From contig CAVPJD010000021.1 of assembly GCA_963705165.1 (NCBI GenBank), positions 1 to 58,328 on the forward strand: a stretch of 58,328 bases of DNA, given 5' to 3'. Below the pieces are notes generated by a model. It made no database searches. It was given only the letters and a program-made list of their open reading frames with translations, and was not told the DNA's origin. This DNA is from an uncultured delta proteobacterium. GTDB lineage: Bacteria; Desulfobacterota; Syntrophia; Syntrophales; UBA2192. Positions 29,953 to 39,409 of the stretch are shown here, piece by piece. Positions within the stretch are counted from its first letter, which is position 1. Each line of letters begins with the position of its first letter. The translations under genes and the position numbers were made by a program.

Positions 29953-30087
29953 TTACCGGTAGACGATATCTTTCCGGGGCTTCAGAAGAGGGTCTTCCCA
30001 GAGCACTGCCTCTTTTTCTCCGGACAGGCCGAATCGGGAGTGAGTGTAGACACTGTCAAGATTTGCTGTGTGGATTCTGTTCATCAT
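29953..30087 (-). CDS. 44-aa divergent WxDP peptide MMNRIHTANLDSVYTHSRFGLSGEKEAVLWEDPLLKPRKDIVYR
   Basis: SD GGGAG. WEDPLLKP aligns to WxDPMxFP. First ORF of the array. Confidence 0.65.
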   Translation of the reverse strand: MMNRIHTANLDSVYTHSRFGLSGEKEAVLWEDPLLKPRKDIVYR

Positions 30088-30208
30088 GGTCTTTGCTCCC
30101 TTTCGTTAAACCTATTATCGATATTTTTCGTTTTAAATAAATCGGCGCCCGTCTGAATCTGGGGTAGGAGTGCCCGGTCACGCCTCGGCAGACGGTGTCT
30201 GAAAGGAT

Positions 30209-30227
30209 CATAGGACATACGCCTATG
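30209..30227. promoter_or_regulatory. Palindrome CATAGG-N7-CCTATG in the divergent promoter region
   Basis: Seen directly. A TTGACA-17-TAGGTT plus-strand promoter follows at 30238-30266. Confidence 0.45.
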
Positions 30228-30401
30228 GGGATTTGTCTTGACATCCGGCGGCTGCCCCCCTAGGTTATGTTCATTGAAACAGCCGCCTGGCAGGGCGGCG
30301 CACAAGGCATTGACACAGACATTTTGAAGCGCAGGGGACGGCCGTCGTGCTCTTTGGAGATCTGATGGCCTTTTTTATATGCGCAATCTGGAGGGTCCCC
30401 C

Positions 30402-31049
30402 ATGCTGAAACGATATCGATACTGGCTCACAAGCCTTGTTCCGGGCCTCCTTTACCACCTCTTGCGAGCCTACAGCTGGACCTTCCGGCTGCATGTCGAA
30501 AACGAGAAGCCCTGGCTCGATTACCTGCAGGGCGGCGGCCGGGTCCTGCTGTGCGGCTGGCACCAGCAGTTCTTTGCGGCCATCCGCCACTTCAAGACCT
30601 ACGCGTCCCATCGCCCCGCGCTGATGATCAGCCAGAGCAAGGACGGCGATATCATCGCCGGCATCGCCCAGAAGTCGGGCTGGCACACCGTGCGGGGATC
30701 ATCCTCGCGAGACGGGGGGCGGGCCCTGAAAGAGATGGTAGGGCAGCTGCAGCTCACGGGTCTTGCCGCCCACGTCGTAGACGGGCCGAAGGGGCCCGCC
30801 GGGATCATCAAGGCGGGGGCGGTCAGCCTGGCCCGCGCCGCCGGGGCCGTCGTCGTTCCCATCTACACCACGTCCGACAGGGCCTGGTATTTCAACAGCT
30901 GGGATCGCTTCATGCTGCCGAAGCCCTTCGCAAAGGTGAACCTGCGATTCGGCGATATGCTCGACCTGAGCACGGGGGAGGGCGACGAGGCCTTCGAAGA
31001 CCACCGGGTGCGCCTCCAGCAGATCATGCAGCCCGGCCTGATCTCCTGA
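30402..31049 (+). CDS. DUF374 / lysophospholipid acyltransferase family protein
   Basis: CGWHQQ, ISQSKDGDII, VRGSSSRDG, VDGPKGP, SWDRFMLPKPF. Confidence 0.88.
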   Translation: MLKRYRYWLTSLVPGLLYHLLRAYSWTFRLHVENEKPWLDYLQGGGRVLLCGWHQQFFAAIRHFKTYASHRPALMISQSKDGDIIAGIAQKSGWHTVRGSSSRDGGRALKEMVGQLQLTGLAAHVVDGPKGPAGIIKAGAVSLARAAGAVVVPIYTTSDRAWYFNSWDRFMLPKPFAKVNLRFGDMLDLSTGEGDEAFEDHRVRLQQIMQPGLIS

Positions 31050-31184
31050 TTGCCAACGGTCCGGTATCCCGATTCCCTGTACCTGTTTTCTTTATTCTAT
31101 AATACGACCCGCGCGGCAGGTGCCCCGGTCCGGCCATGGGGACGTTGGCCCTTCCGCCGCGGACATCACCGACCCGGAAAACGA

Positions 31185-32704
31185 ATGAAACCCCGACTGA
31201 GATCGCTTCTGTTCCTCCTGTGCGCTCTTGTGCCCGCTGTCGCCTTCCCGCCCGCGTGCCACGCGAAGGAAAGCGCCCCCGTCGCAAAGCACATCATTTT
31301 CATTGTCGGCGACGGCATGCAGCCCGAAAACGAGATTGCCGCCAGCCGTTACCTCACCGGCATGGACAAGGCCTGGCCTTCCACGCCTTCCCGTACCGGG
31401 GCATTGTCGCCACCTGGGATGTGACCACCTACAGCAGGCAGGCGCCCTACAACCCATCGGCCATCGCCCCCGGGGCGGGCTGTGACGCGGTACGGACCGG
31501 GAAAGCCTCAGCCGTCTCCCACACCAACACGCCCCGCTATGCCTGCCGCACACCCGATGGCGCAAAACCCCAGGGCGCCGACTCGGCCTCGACGGCCACG
31601 GCCTGGGCCACGGGCTACAAGACCGACACGGGCAACATCGCCTGGCTCCCCGGCGACCCGGAGCGGGGAGCCCTCAGGACGATCGCCGAGCTGCTGCGGG
31701 AAAAGCGCGGATACGCCATCGGCATCGTCACCACGGTGCCCTTCTCCGATGCCACACCGGCGTCACAGGTGAGCCACAACAAAAGCCGCCGCAACCACCA
31801 CGCCATCTCCGACGAGATCATCCGCACCGCCCGGCCCGAGGTTGTCATCGGCGGTGGACATCCCGCCCGCAACCAGGCGAAGCACATGTCGATGGCCCTG
31901 TACGATGAGGTGAAAAAAGGAAAGATCGGGGACTGCGCCTTTGTGGAGCGAGAGGACGGCGTCGATGCGGCCAGGTCCCTGAGAGAAGCCGTGGCCCGAG
32001 CGGTGGCACAGAAAAAGAGGCTCTTCGGGCTCTTCGGGGGACCCGAGGGCCATTTCGAGCCTCCCGTTCCGACCGACAACGGCACGGCCGCCGTGACCCG
32101 GGCCACCATCGAGAACCCGCTTTTAAAGGATGCAGCTCTGGCCGCCCTGGAGGTACTGGGAAAAAACAGGAAGGGTTTCTTCCTCCTGGTCGAGCAGGGA
32201 GACATCGACTGGGCCAACCACGCAAACGACTACCGGTGGATGATCGGCGCCATGTGGGACCTCGACGAGGCCGTCAGGGCCGCCGTCGACTTCGTCAATC
32301 GTCCCGGCGACGACATCACCTGGGAAAACACCCTGCTCATCGTCACCTCGGACCACGTCACGGGCTCGATGCGACTCAACGACGGCAAAAGGCTGGGCAA
32401 GGGCCGCCTGCCCGGCCAGTCGCCGGGCCTCTGCCCCGACAGGCTCTCCTGGTGCCCCGGCTACCCGGGAGGAGAGGTGAGCTACGGCGCCACGGGCCAC
32501 ATCAACGAGCCCGTAGCGCTATACGCCATGGGGGATGGCAGCCTGACGAAGCACCTGCGGCAGTTCGAAGGCAGTTGGTACCCCTGCACACCCGTCATCG
32601 ACAACACCCAGCTCTTCCACGCCATGGCCGGTGCCGCGGGCATTCCCCAGCCCTCGCCCCTGAAGGCCGTCGTCGTCCGCCCCGCCGCCTGCCCGACCTA
32701 CTAG
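31185..32704 (+). CDS. Alkaline phosphatase, 1-nt frameshift near 31370
   Basis: Signal peptide plus IIFIVGDGM in one frame. ADSAST (catalytic Ser), DATPA, VEQGDIDWANH, TSDH and TGH in the next frame. Confidence 0.88.
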
Positions 32705-32864
32705 GGTCCTTGTGCATTTCCCCCATCGTTGACGCGTCTTGTGCCCGATTCAGGCGGATGACCAGAAGGACGGAGCGTTTGAAAATCAGTCCGGGCATCT
32801 GCGGGTTTGGCACCATCCGGGTGAGGGTTGCCTGTGATGGTCCTTCGTTTAAGCGGGAAATGGA

Positions 32865-33170
32865 TTAAAGATGGACGGGAGGGGCCTTGTTTGAGAAAGC
32901 CGAAAAATCAAGCGACGAGGGGTGAAAAATATACGCTTCGGGAACCCGCCCCGAAAGAGCAAGATCCGCATTGGATAGTAAGGACGAAAGGTGGATCAGC
33001 GCAGAGGTGGAGTCCGTCTTGATCTTGTGGGGTGTAGCCGAAGACGAGTTCTTCACCTTGCAGATGGAGCAAGTGAGCGTCTGAAAGGGGGCGTCATCGT
33101 GATGCAGGACAAGAGCCAGCGACACGATGAAAAATAAAACAGCCGATATGATGACCAGGTGTTTGCGCAT
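32865..33170 (-). CDS. Small membrane-anchored HH/CxxC protein ending KAPP (DUF2946-like)
   Basis: TM helix, HHDD...CSIC, Ser-rich linker, C-terminal NKAPPVHL. Confidence 0.6.
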   Translation of the reverse strand: MRKHLVIISAVLFFIVSLALVLHHDDAPFQTLTCSICKVKNSSSATPHKIKTDSTSALIHLSSLLSNADLALSGRVPEAYIFHPSSLDFSAFSNKAPPVHL

Positions 33171-33418
33171 ATCCCTTCTCCTGTTTCGACAATGCCATCC
33201 AAGAGGAGGGCCCTTTAGCATTTGCGGCTCGCACCTGTCAAGAAGATCATCGGGTCGCCTTGGCTGGCTCCCGCTCTGACGCAGCACCCTGTCCCCGAAC
33301 CCTTCCCCCCTGCCACTGCCTTCCAGGCACTCAGTCACTCAGGCACTTCGTCCCCACTTCTTCTTGCCGCCCACTCCGAATCATAGTACGATCCATCTCG
33401 TTCACAGGGATGATCGCC

Positions 33419-34462
33419 ATGAAATCTCTTTCTCGAATTGCCTTTGCGTGGATGCTGCTGCTTTTTCTTGCAGCTCCGTCACTTCTGCACGCGCAGGGCG
33501 AGCTTCGACTTGCAGACCTGGGTGATTTTCGTCTCGAGAGCGGCCAGGTGATCAAGGAGTGCCGCCTGGGGTATCGCACCTTCGGCACGCTGAACCCGGA
33601 GCGATCCAATGCGATCCTGTTCCCCACGTGGTTTGCAGGCACATCGAAAGATCTCGTCGACCTCGGGTTCATCGGGGCGTCGAAGCTTGCCGATACGTCC
33701 CGCTATTTTGTCGTTGCCGTTGACGCCTTCGGCAACGGCGTGTCGTCCTCCCCCTCCAACAGCAAAGCACAGCCCAACCGTACCTTCCCTGAATTCAGCG
33801 TGCGTGACATGGTGAAGGCGCAGCATCAGCTTTTGACGAAGTACCTGGGGCTCGGCCGGCTGCACGCCGTCATCGGGATCTCCATGGGGGGGATGCAGGC
33901 CTTTCAGTGGGTGCTCTCCTATCCGGACTTTGCGCAAAAGGCCGTCTCCATCATGGGCACGCCCCGCGCGGCCCCTTCGGATCTGTTTCTCTTTGATGCC
34001 GGGCTTCGCGGCATTGACACCCTGAACGCCATCGGCGACGGCGAGACGTTGGGGCCGGAGGCGTCAGTTGCCCTGCTGGCCCTGGCCGCGCTGACCCCCG
34101 AATTTTACCTCAAGGGCCTTTCCCGCTCCGATGTGACGCGCGCCCTGGACGGAGCCCAGGATATCCTCATGCAATACAACTTCACGGATTTGGCCTGGCA
34201 ACTCAAGGCGATGATCGGGCACGACATCTACAGGCGCCCTGTCACATCGGAAAAAGAGGCCGCCGGAGCCATCCGTACGAAGCTGATGGTGATTGTTTCC
34301 CGCAATGACATCATGGTGAACCCGGAGCCCTCGCTTGCCCTTGCCGCTTCATTGAAGGCGGAAGTGCTGGTGCTGCAGGGGGAGTACGGACACTTCAGCG
34401 TTCTGCGTGAAACGGATAAAATAAACAGCGCAACCGCAACGTTCCTGAACCGACGGAATTAA
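33419..34462 (+). CDS. Exported alpha/beta hydrolase, homoserine O-acetyltransferase-like fold
   Basis: Signal peptide, YRTFGTLN..RSNAIL, GISMGG nucleophile, D (RNDIMV), H (YGHF). Confidence 0.85.
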   Translation: MKSLSRIAFAWMLLLFLAAPSLLHAQGELRLADLGDFRLESGQVIKECRLGYRTFGTLNPERSNAILFPTWFAGTSKDLVDLGFIGASKLADTSRYFVVAVDAFGNGVSSSPSNSKAQPNRTFPEFSVRDMVKAQHQLLTKYLGLGRLHAVIGISMGGMQAFQWVLSYPDFAQKAVSIMGTPRAAPSDLFLFDAGLRGIDTLNAIGDGETLGPEASVALLALAALTPEFYLKGLSRSDVTRALDGAQDILMQYNFTDLAWQLKAMIGHDIYRRPVTSEKEAAGAIRTKLMVIVSRNDIMVNPEPSLALAASLKAEVLVLQGEYGHFSVLRETDKINSATATFLNRRN

Positions 34463-34765
34463 CATCCTCAACCCTCCTTGCGTCTCTTTCTCTTACCCCT
34501 GCACCCTTTCACCCCGAATCCCTGTCTCCCCAATTCCCTATCTTCGGACGACCAAATAGACGAGACGGACGGAATAGACCGGAGAGCCGCGCAGCATCCC
34601 TATACGCTACCCGCTACACGCTTCTTCCTGTCCCTGCTTATGCGGCATCATTTTTGCAACTTCCTTGCGGCAGATGCCTTATCAATGATACTCGCGTTGC
34701 ATGGGTTGAACAACATTTCTGCCATACTCGGATGAACGGTGTTGGCGATCCGGAAGGGGTTTCTC

Positions 34766-35401
34766 ATGAACGAAAATGGCTTCATCGATTACTACGAGCT
34801 GCTGCAGGTGAGTTCGAACGCCGACACCGACACCATTGATCGTGTCTTTCGGCATCTCGCCAAGAAGTTGCACCCCGACAACAAAGAATCGGCGGATCCT
34901 GACCGGTTCCGCCTGATTGTGGAGGCTCACCGGACGTTCTCCGACCCTGAGACCCGTGCCGGTTACGATGTCAAGTACCAGGAGTACTGGAACAGCAAGT
35001 GGAAGCTCGCCTCTGAGGCCACCGACGGAAGCGCTTACGGCGGCGACCGGGAGATCCGCGAGAGCCTGCTTTCGATGTTGTACGTTCAGCGCCGGCGCAA
35101 CATGAAAAAACCGGGACTGGGTGATTACGAAATGGCCCACCTGCTCTGCAAACCGCACGAGCTGGTGGAGTTTCATGTGTGGTATCTGAAGGCCAAGGGC
35201 TGGGTGGAACGCCTGGACTCGGGACAGCTGGCGATCAGCGCCCTGGGTGTCGACGAGGTCGAAAAGCGCCGGCTCCGGCTCAGAGACGATCATCTGCTCA
35301 CGGCCGGCGGTGTCGCTTCCGAGGGTGCGGAAGGACGGGCGGAGCGCTCCGATACGCCGGATCTGCTCGTGTCTCCAAGAGGCACCGCTTACAACCGGTA
35401 A
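34766..35401 (+). CDS. J-domain (DnaJ-like) protein with a C-terminal winged-helix-like domain
   Basis: DYYELLQV...KLHPD...SDPETRAGYD and HVWYLKAKGWVERL. Confidence 0.85.
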   Translation: MNENGFIDYYELLQVSSNADTDTIDRVFRHLAKKLHPDNKESADPDRFRLIVEAHRTFSDPETRAGYDVKYQEYWNSKWKLASEATDGSAYGGDREIRESLLSMLYVQRRRNMKKPGLGDYEMAHLLCKPHELVEFHVWYLKAKGWVERLDSGQLAISALGVDEVEKRRLRLRDDHLLTAGGVASEGAEGRAERSDTPDLLVSPRGTAYNR

Positions 35402-35561
35402 TGTTCAATGCTTTTCTGTCCTCAGGCCTGGACAGCCAGCCGTGCGGTTCTTTTTTTTCACCTTGCCACTGCCTTCCCGCACTTTCCTTTTTTCGGGCGA
35501 AATAGACCAAATAGACGAGATAGACGAGACAGACCAGAGGGCCGCACCGCGGCCCTCATCT

Positions 35562-36101
35562 TTAGTCGACCAGCATCAGGCAATACAGGTTCTGCGTCTC
35601 CGTTTTCTCTTTCAGGGTCTGGATAAAAAATCCATTGTTCCTTGCCGTCTGGAATACGTCGATCCCGCATGACTCCATCGAGGGCCTCGCCTTGCCGGAC
35701 TGGATGCAGGGCGCGTCCTTGACCTTCGAGCACTCCTTGCAGAGAGGGCAGGGGCCTGCCAGGTAGACAAAGGACTTGTAATAGCCGTCCTTGAAAATCT
35801 CGCCTTCCATTTTTACGAGCATGTCGAAAAGGCCCAGGTTTCTCTTGCCTCGCTCGGGCGTCCTGGGCGCTTCAATGTGAAACAGGATGGCGCGCTTGTA
35901 ACAGTCGAGGACTTTCCTTGTCTCTTCAGGGCCGGGGGTCGTCGGGGGGCAGCAGTGGCTGATCCGGTAGGGGCAGCCGAAGAGGCACTTCATCCTGACC
36001 CACGCCGCCGTGACGACGCTGCCCGGATCGATCACCTTCGCATGGGTCACACCTTCCGCGACTGCCTTTGCGCAATACTTCTCCAGATCCGCAGTTTGCA
36101 T
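35562..36101 (-). CDS. DUF2284 family Cys-rich metal-binding protein
   Basis: VRMKCLFGC...CCPP, AGPCPLCKEC, ARPSMESCGIDV. Confidence 0.85.
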   Translation of the reverse strand: MQTADLEKYCAKAVAEGVTHAKVIDPGSVVTAAWVRMKCLFGCPYRISHCCPPTTPGPEETRKVLDCYKRAILFHIEAPRTPERGKRNLGLFDMLVKMEGEIFKDGYYKSFVYLAGPCPLCKECSKVKDAPCIQSGKARPSMESCGIDVFQTARNNGFFIQTLKEKTETQNLYCLMLVD

Positions 36102-36671
36102 GGCACCCTCTCCTTTATGGAATGATCAGAACCCCAACTGTCCAAACTCCGCACTGGTAGTCATATAGAAAATCGAGAAGCTTGTCAAAATCTACCATCC
36201 CCCTATGGGCTTTCACTTCTTTCGGCTGTCGGCTGTCTGCTGTAGGCTGTTGGCTCTCTTCTCCCCGCCTCCTGAATCCCGATGCCCGATGCCTGAAGCC
36301 TGTAGCCTGCAGCCTTTGGCCGCACCAGTTACTGCCGCGCAGCGGCCTGTCCCGACACCCTTGTCCCTGGTCCCCGTTATGTCCGACAAAATTGTCGAAT
36401 CGGGGCGCATTTTAATACCCTTCCATCCCGTTCCCTTTATGAATTAACACATTATTATAAGTACTTAAGACAATTATTCTCCAGTGCTCTTTCCTGGTAA
36501 TCTTCTTGCAATGTATTAATCTCATAGATCGTCCTGAATCACATGGCCGGACCTGGAACGGAACAGATTTCAAATCTGTTATATATTAAACATCCCTTCT
36601 GCTTCTCCGCTTCAAATCCAGGAAAAACCTAATCGGGGAAATACGCCAGGAGAATTCCTGGGCGAGGACAT

Positions 36672-37220
36672 ATGATTATTACAGCGATTTCACTGACAAT
36701 TTTTGTGACATCAATGATTGTCTATTCGATCTGCCGCATCCCGTCGAGAGTATATGCCAATGTTTGTCATAAATCTCTGATATTTGACAACCTGGCCGAA
36801 GCAAGGCGTTTGGAGGATCTCCTGGCCCACGGTGATGCCGAAAGTGTTCACAGGATCTTGAAGGCACTTCAACAGAGAGGCGATATCGATATATTCGAGT
36901 CGGAAAAAGAAATATATGTAAGCGGACACCGCAGTGTATCGATAGATAAGTGCCGGAAGATTACACGCAGCCTGCTGGTATCCGATTATGATCCCATTGA
37001 GGATTTCCGCAATCTCAGCGTGATGCCTCGATTCAATACCGACGCCCGGGTTATGAATGTGAATCAAGGCGTATGTGTCAGTAAATATGAAACCGCATCC
37101 GCAGCGAATCACGAGGAAAGCAAAGATGACCTGTTTGCTTCGGAATACGATATCATCGAGTTGCTGGAGAATCTGAACATCAGATCCGGCTGCATCCTTC
37201 CCGTTCAAACCCCATCGTAA
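36672..37220 (+). CDS. Hypothetical protein with an N-terminal TM segment
   Basis: SD GAGGA, 182-aa ORF with AT-richer composition. No motif recognised. Confidence 0.45.
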   Translation: MIITAISLTIFVTSMIVYSICRIPSRVYANVCHKSLIFDNLAEARRLEDLLAHGDAESVHRILKALQQRGDIDIFESEKEIYVSGHRSVSIDKCRKITRSLLVSDYDPIEDFRNLSVMPRFNTDARVMNVNQGVCVSKYETASAANHEESKDDLFASEYDIIELLENLNIRSGCILPVQTPS

Positions 37221-37363
37221 AACCGCACTTGTCCCTTTTTTAGATAACACTCAGCACACAACACTTCTTCACTGTAGGCTGTCGACTGCCCCCTTACCCC
37301 TTTCATCCCGTCTTCCCGATTAGTCCTTGAAAAACACGGCTGATGTGCGGTAATGTTCAAGTC

Positions 37364-37786
37364 ATGAAAAGTGCAGATGAAATTGGGTATGCCGTCAAAG
37401 GTCTGGCCTCCGCATATGATCTGCAGATCATCTATGCCTTCGGTAGTCGTGCCTCAGAAGCGCGGGATTTTGCCGCCGGCACGATCGGGCGCCTGTCCTC
37501 CGGGTCTTCCGATCTCGATATCGGCGTTACATCCGCTCGACGGCTCACCGTGCAGGAGAAAGTCGAGATCGCCGTATTTTTCGAAGATCTGTTCGGCGTG
37601 CCCCGCACGGATGTCGTCGTCATTCCCGAGGCTCCCATTACACTGGCGTTCCGGATCGTAACCGGTGAGCTTCTTTATGCGAAGGACCCGACATACGAGG
37701 CGGAGTATCAGCTCTACATCATGCGGATGGCCGCGGATCTCGAACCCTATGAAAAAGAAATGACCCGTCTGACCCTCGGAGCGTGA
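37364..37786 (+). CDS. Minimal nucleotidyltransferase (MntA-like antitoxin)
   Basis: YAFGSRA...SDLDIGV and DVVVI motifs. Adjacent to a DUF86 gene. Confidence 0.85.
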   Translation: MKSADEIGYAVKGLASAYDLQIIYAFGSRASEARDFAAGTIGRLSSGSSDLDIGVTSARRLTVQEKVEIAVFFEDLFGVPRTDVVVIPEAPITLAFRIVTGELLYAKDPTYEAEYQLYIMRMAADLEPYEKEMTRLTLGA

Positions 37787-37787
37787 C

Positions 37788-38231
37788 ATGTCACCAGGCA
37801 GCATCGACGAGAAGGTGATCGCGCAGCGTGCCCGCTGGATCCGCGAGGCCATCGCCGCCACGAGGGAACTCCCTCTTGCCGACCGACAGGCCTTCCTGGG
37901 TAACAAGCACAACATCGCTGCTGCGGAGTCCTACCTTCGACGGTCCCTGGAGGCTCTTTTCGACGTGGGCCGCCACATCCTGGCGAAAGGGTTTGCCTAT
38001 CCGGCTGCGGAGTACAAGGAGATCGCCCGGGGACTCTTTGAGAAGGCCGTCTTCGAGAAGGACGAGGCGGAGCTGCTGAGGAAAATGGCGGGTTACCGAA
38101 ACCGGATGGTGCACTTCTATCACGATATATCCCCGGAAGAGCTTCTGGATATCTGCCTGAATCACACGGCTGAAATCGAACGCTTGCTGGAACAAATGCT
38201 TCAATGGCTCCGTACCTCCAAGAGACCGTAG
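37788..38231 (+). CDS. HEPN/DUF86 RNase toxin (HepT-like)
   Basis: MAGYRNRMVHFY (R-x4-H-x-Y). Confidence 0.88.
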   Translation: MSPGSIDEKVIAQRARWIREAIAATRELPLADRQAFLGNKHNIAAAESYLRRSLEALFDVGRHILAKGFAYPAAEYKEIARGLFEKAVFEKDEAELLRKMAGYRNRMVHFYHDISPEELLDICLNHTAEIERLLEQMLQWLRTSKRP

Positions 38232-38400
38232 TCCCTTTTATCCCGGCCTCCCTAATCAACCAAATACCCAGTGACCAATTACTGTTTTATCTCCTCGAGG
38301 CTTGCGGCTCTTCTACCCGAAGCCCGGTCTCACATGGCACTGCAGAAGTTCTTGACTTTAGATTATTTATACCCGCGTATAGAATAAAGGAGGACATGGC

Positions 38401-39357
38401 ATGCGAGTCGCTGCAATACAGATGCGAGCCCAGGTCGGCGCAATTGCACGTAACCTCTCGTCTGCCGAGGCGCTGGTCCGCGAAGCCTTCCGGCGCGGCG
38501 CCCAATGGGTCATCCTCCCCGAGTTCTTCCCCTCTGCCGTGGCGTTCACGCCGGCAATGCTTTCGGCGCTGCAACCGCTGGAAGGTCCTGCTCTTGAGCT
38601 TATGCGCAGGCTTGCGCGCGAACAGGATGGCATCGTGGGGGGGTCATTCATCGCGCAGTCCGGAAAGGACTGCTTCAACAGCTTTCTGCTTGTCTTTCCG
38701 AACGGCCTGTACTTCCGTCACGACAAGGATTTGCCCACGATGTGGGAGAACAGTTACTACGTGGGCGGCTCCGATGACGGGATCCTCGATACTCCTGCCG
38801 GCCCGGTCGGCGTCGCCATGTGCTGGGAGTTGATTCGTTCCCGGACAGCGCGCAGATTATTGGGACGGGTGGATCTGGTAGTCGGCGGTTCATGCTGGTG
38901 GGATCTGCGCCTCCCTGTGTCTCCCCGATACGCCGGGGATCAGGAGCAGTTGAGGGCGCTGCTGAGAAACGCGCCGGCTCACCTTGCGCGGATGCTCGGC
39001 GTACCCGTTGTACACGCGTCACACGCCGGCGAGTTCGAGGGGCTCACACCGGGCAACGAGTCCATGCCCTACGTTTCCCGCTACCTGGGGGAGACTCAGA
39101 TCACGGACGGGGACGGCCGGGTGCTGGCCCGCATGACCTGCGAAGATGGCGAAGGCGTAATCACAGCCGATATCACACCCGGTAAAGTTGCCGGAGCTAC
39201 AGCACCCATTCCCGAAAACTTCTGGACAGGCGAACTGCCGTCAATGGCTGCCAAGGCGTGGGAGCACTTGAATCCTCTCGGACGGCAATACTACGCCACT
39301 ACCGTCCGCCCGATTCTCGAAGACGACTCGTTCGCAGAATCGGATATTGATAAATAA
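38401..39357 (+). CDS. Carbon-nitrogen hydrolase (nitrilase superfamily)
   Basis: Catalytic E-K-C in ILPEF, RHDKD and AMCWE. Confidence 0.88.
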   Translation: MRVAAIQMRAQVGAIARNLSSAEALVREAFRRGAQWVILPEFFPSAVAFTPAMLSALQPLEGPALELMRRLAREQDGIVGGSFIAQSGKDCFNSFLLVFPNGLYFRHDKDLPTMWENSYYVGGSDDGILDTPAGPVGVAMCWELIRSRTARRLLGRVDLVVGGSCWWDLRLPVSPRYAGDQEQLRALLRNAPAHLARMLGVPVVHASHAGEFEGLTPGNESMPYVSRYLGETQITDGDGRVLARMTCEDGEGVITADITPGKVAGATAPIPENFWTGELPSMAAKAWEHLNPLGRQYYATTVRPILEDDSFAESDIDK

Positions 39358-39409
39358 CCGGGCAAGGTGCACCCGGGTACTACTCCATCCATAAAGGGAG
39401 AACAGTGCG

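Noticed and set aside
29564..30087. Peptide array as a CRISPR-like or ncRNA repeat array
   Set aside because: Similarity is confined to in-frame codons of the WxDPMxxP core, and the spacing is irregular.
29338..30156. Plus-strand ORFs 29338-29628, 29489-29698, 29695-30156 and 29940-30140 from the track
   Set aside because: No SD or motifs. The minus strand has five SD-led ORFs with a shared motif and a correctly oriented terminator.
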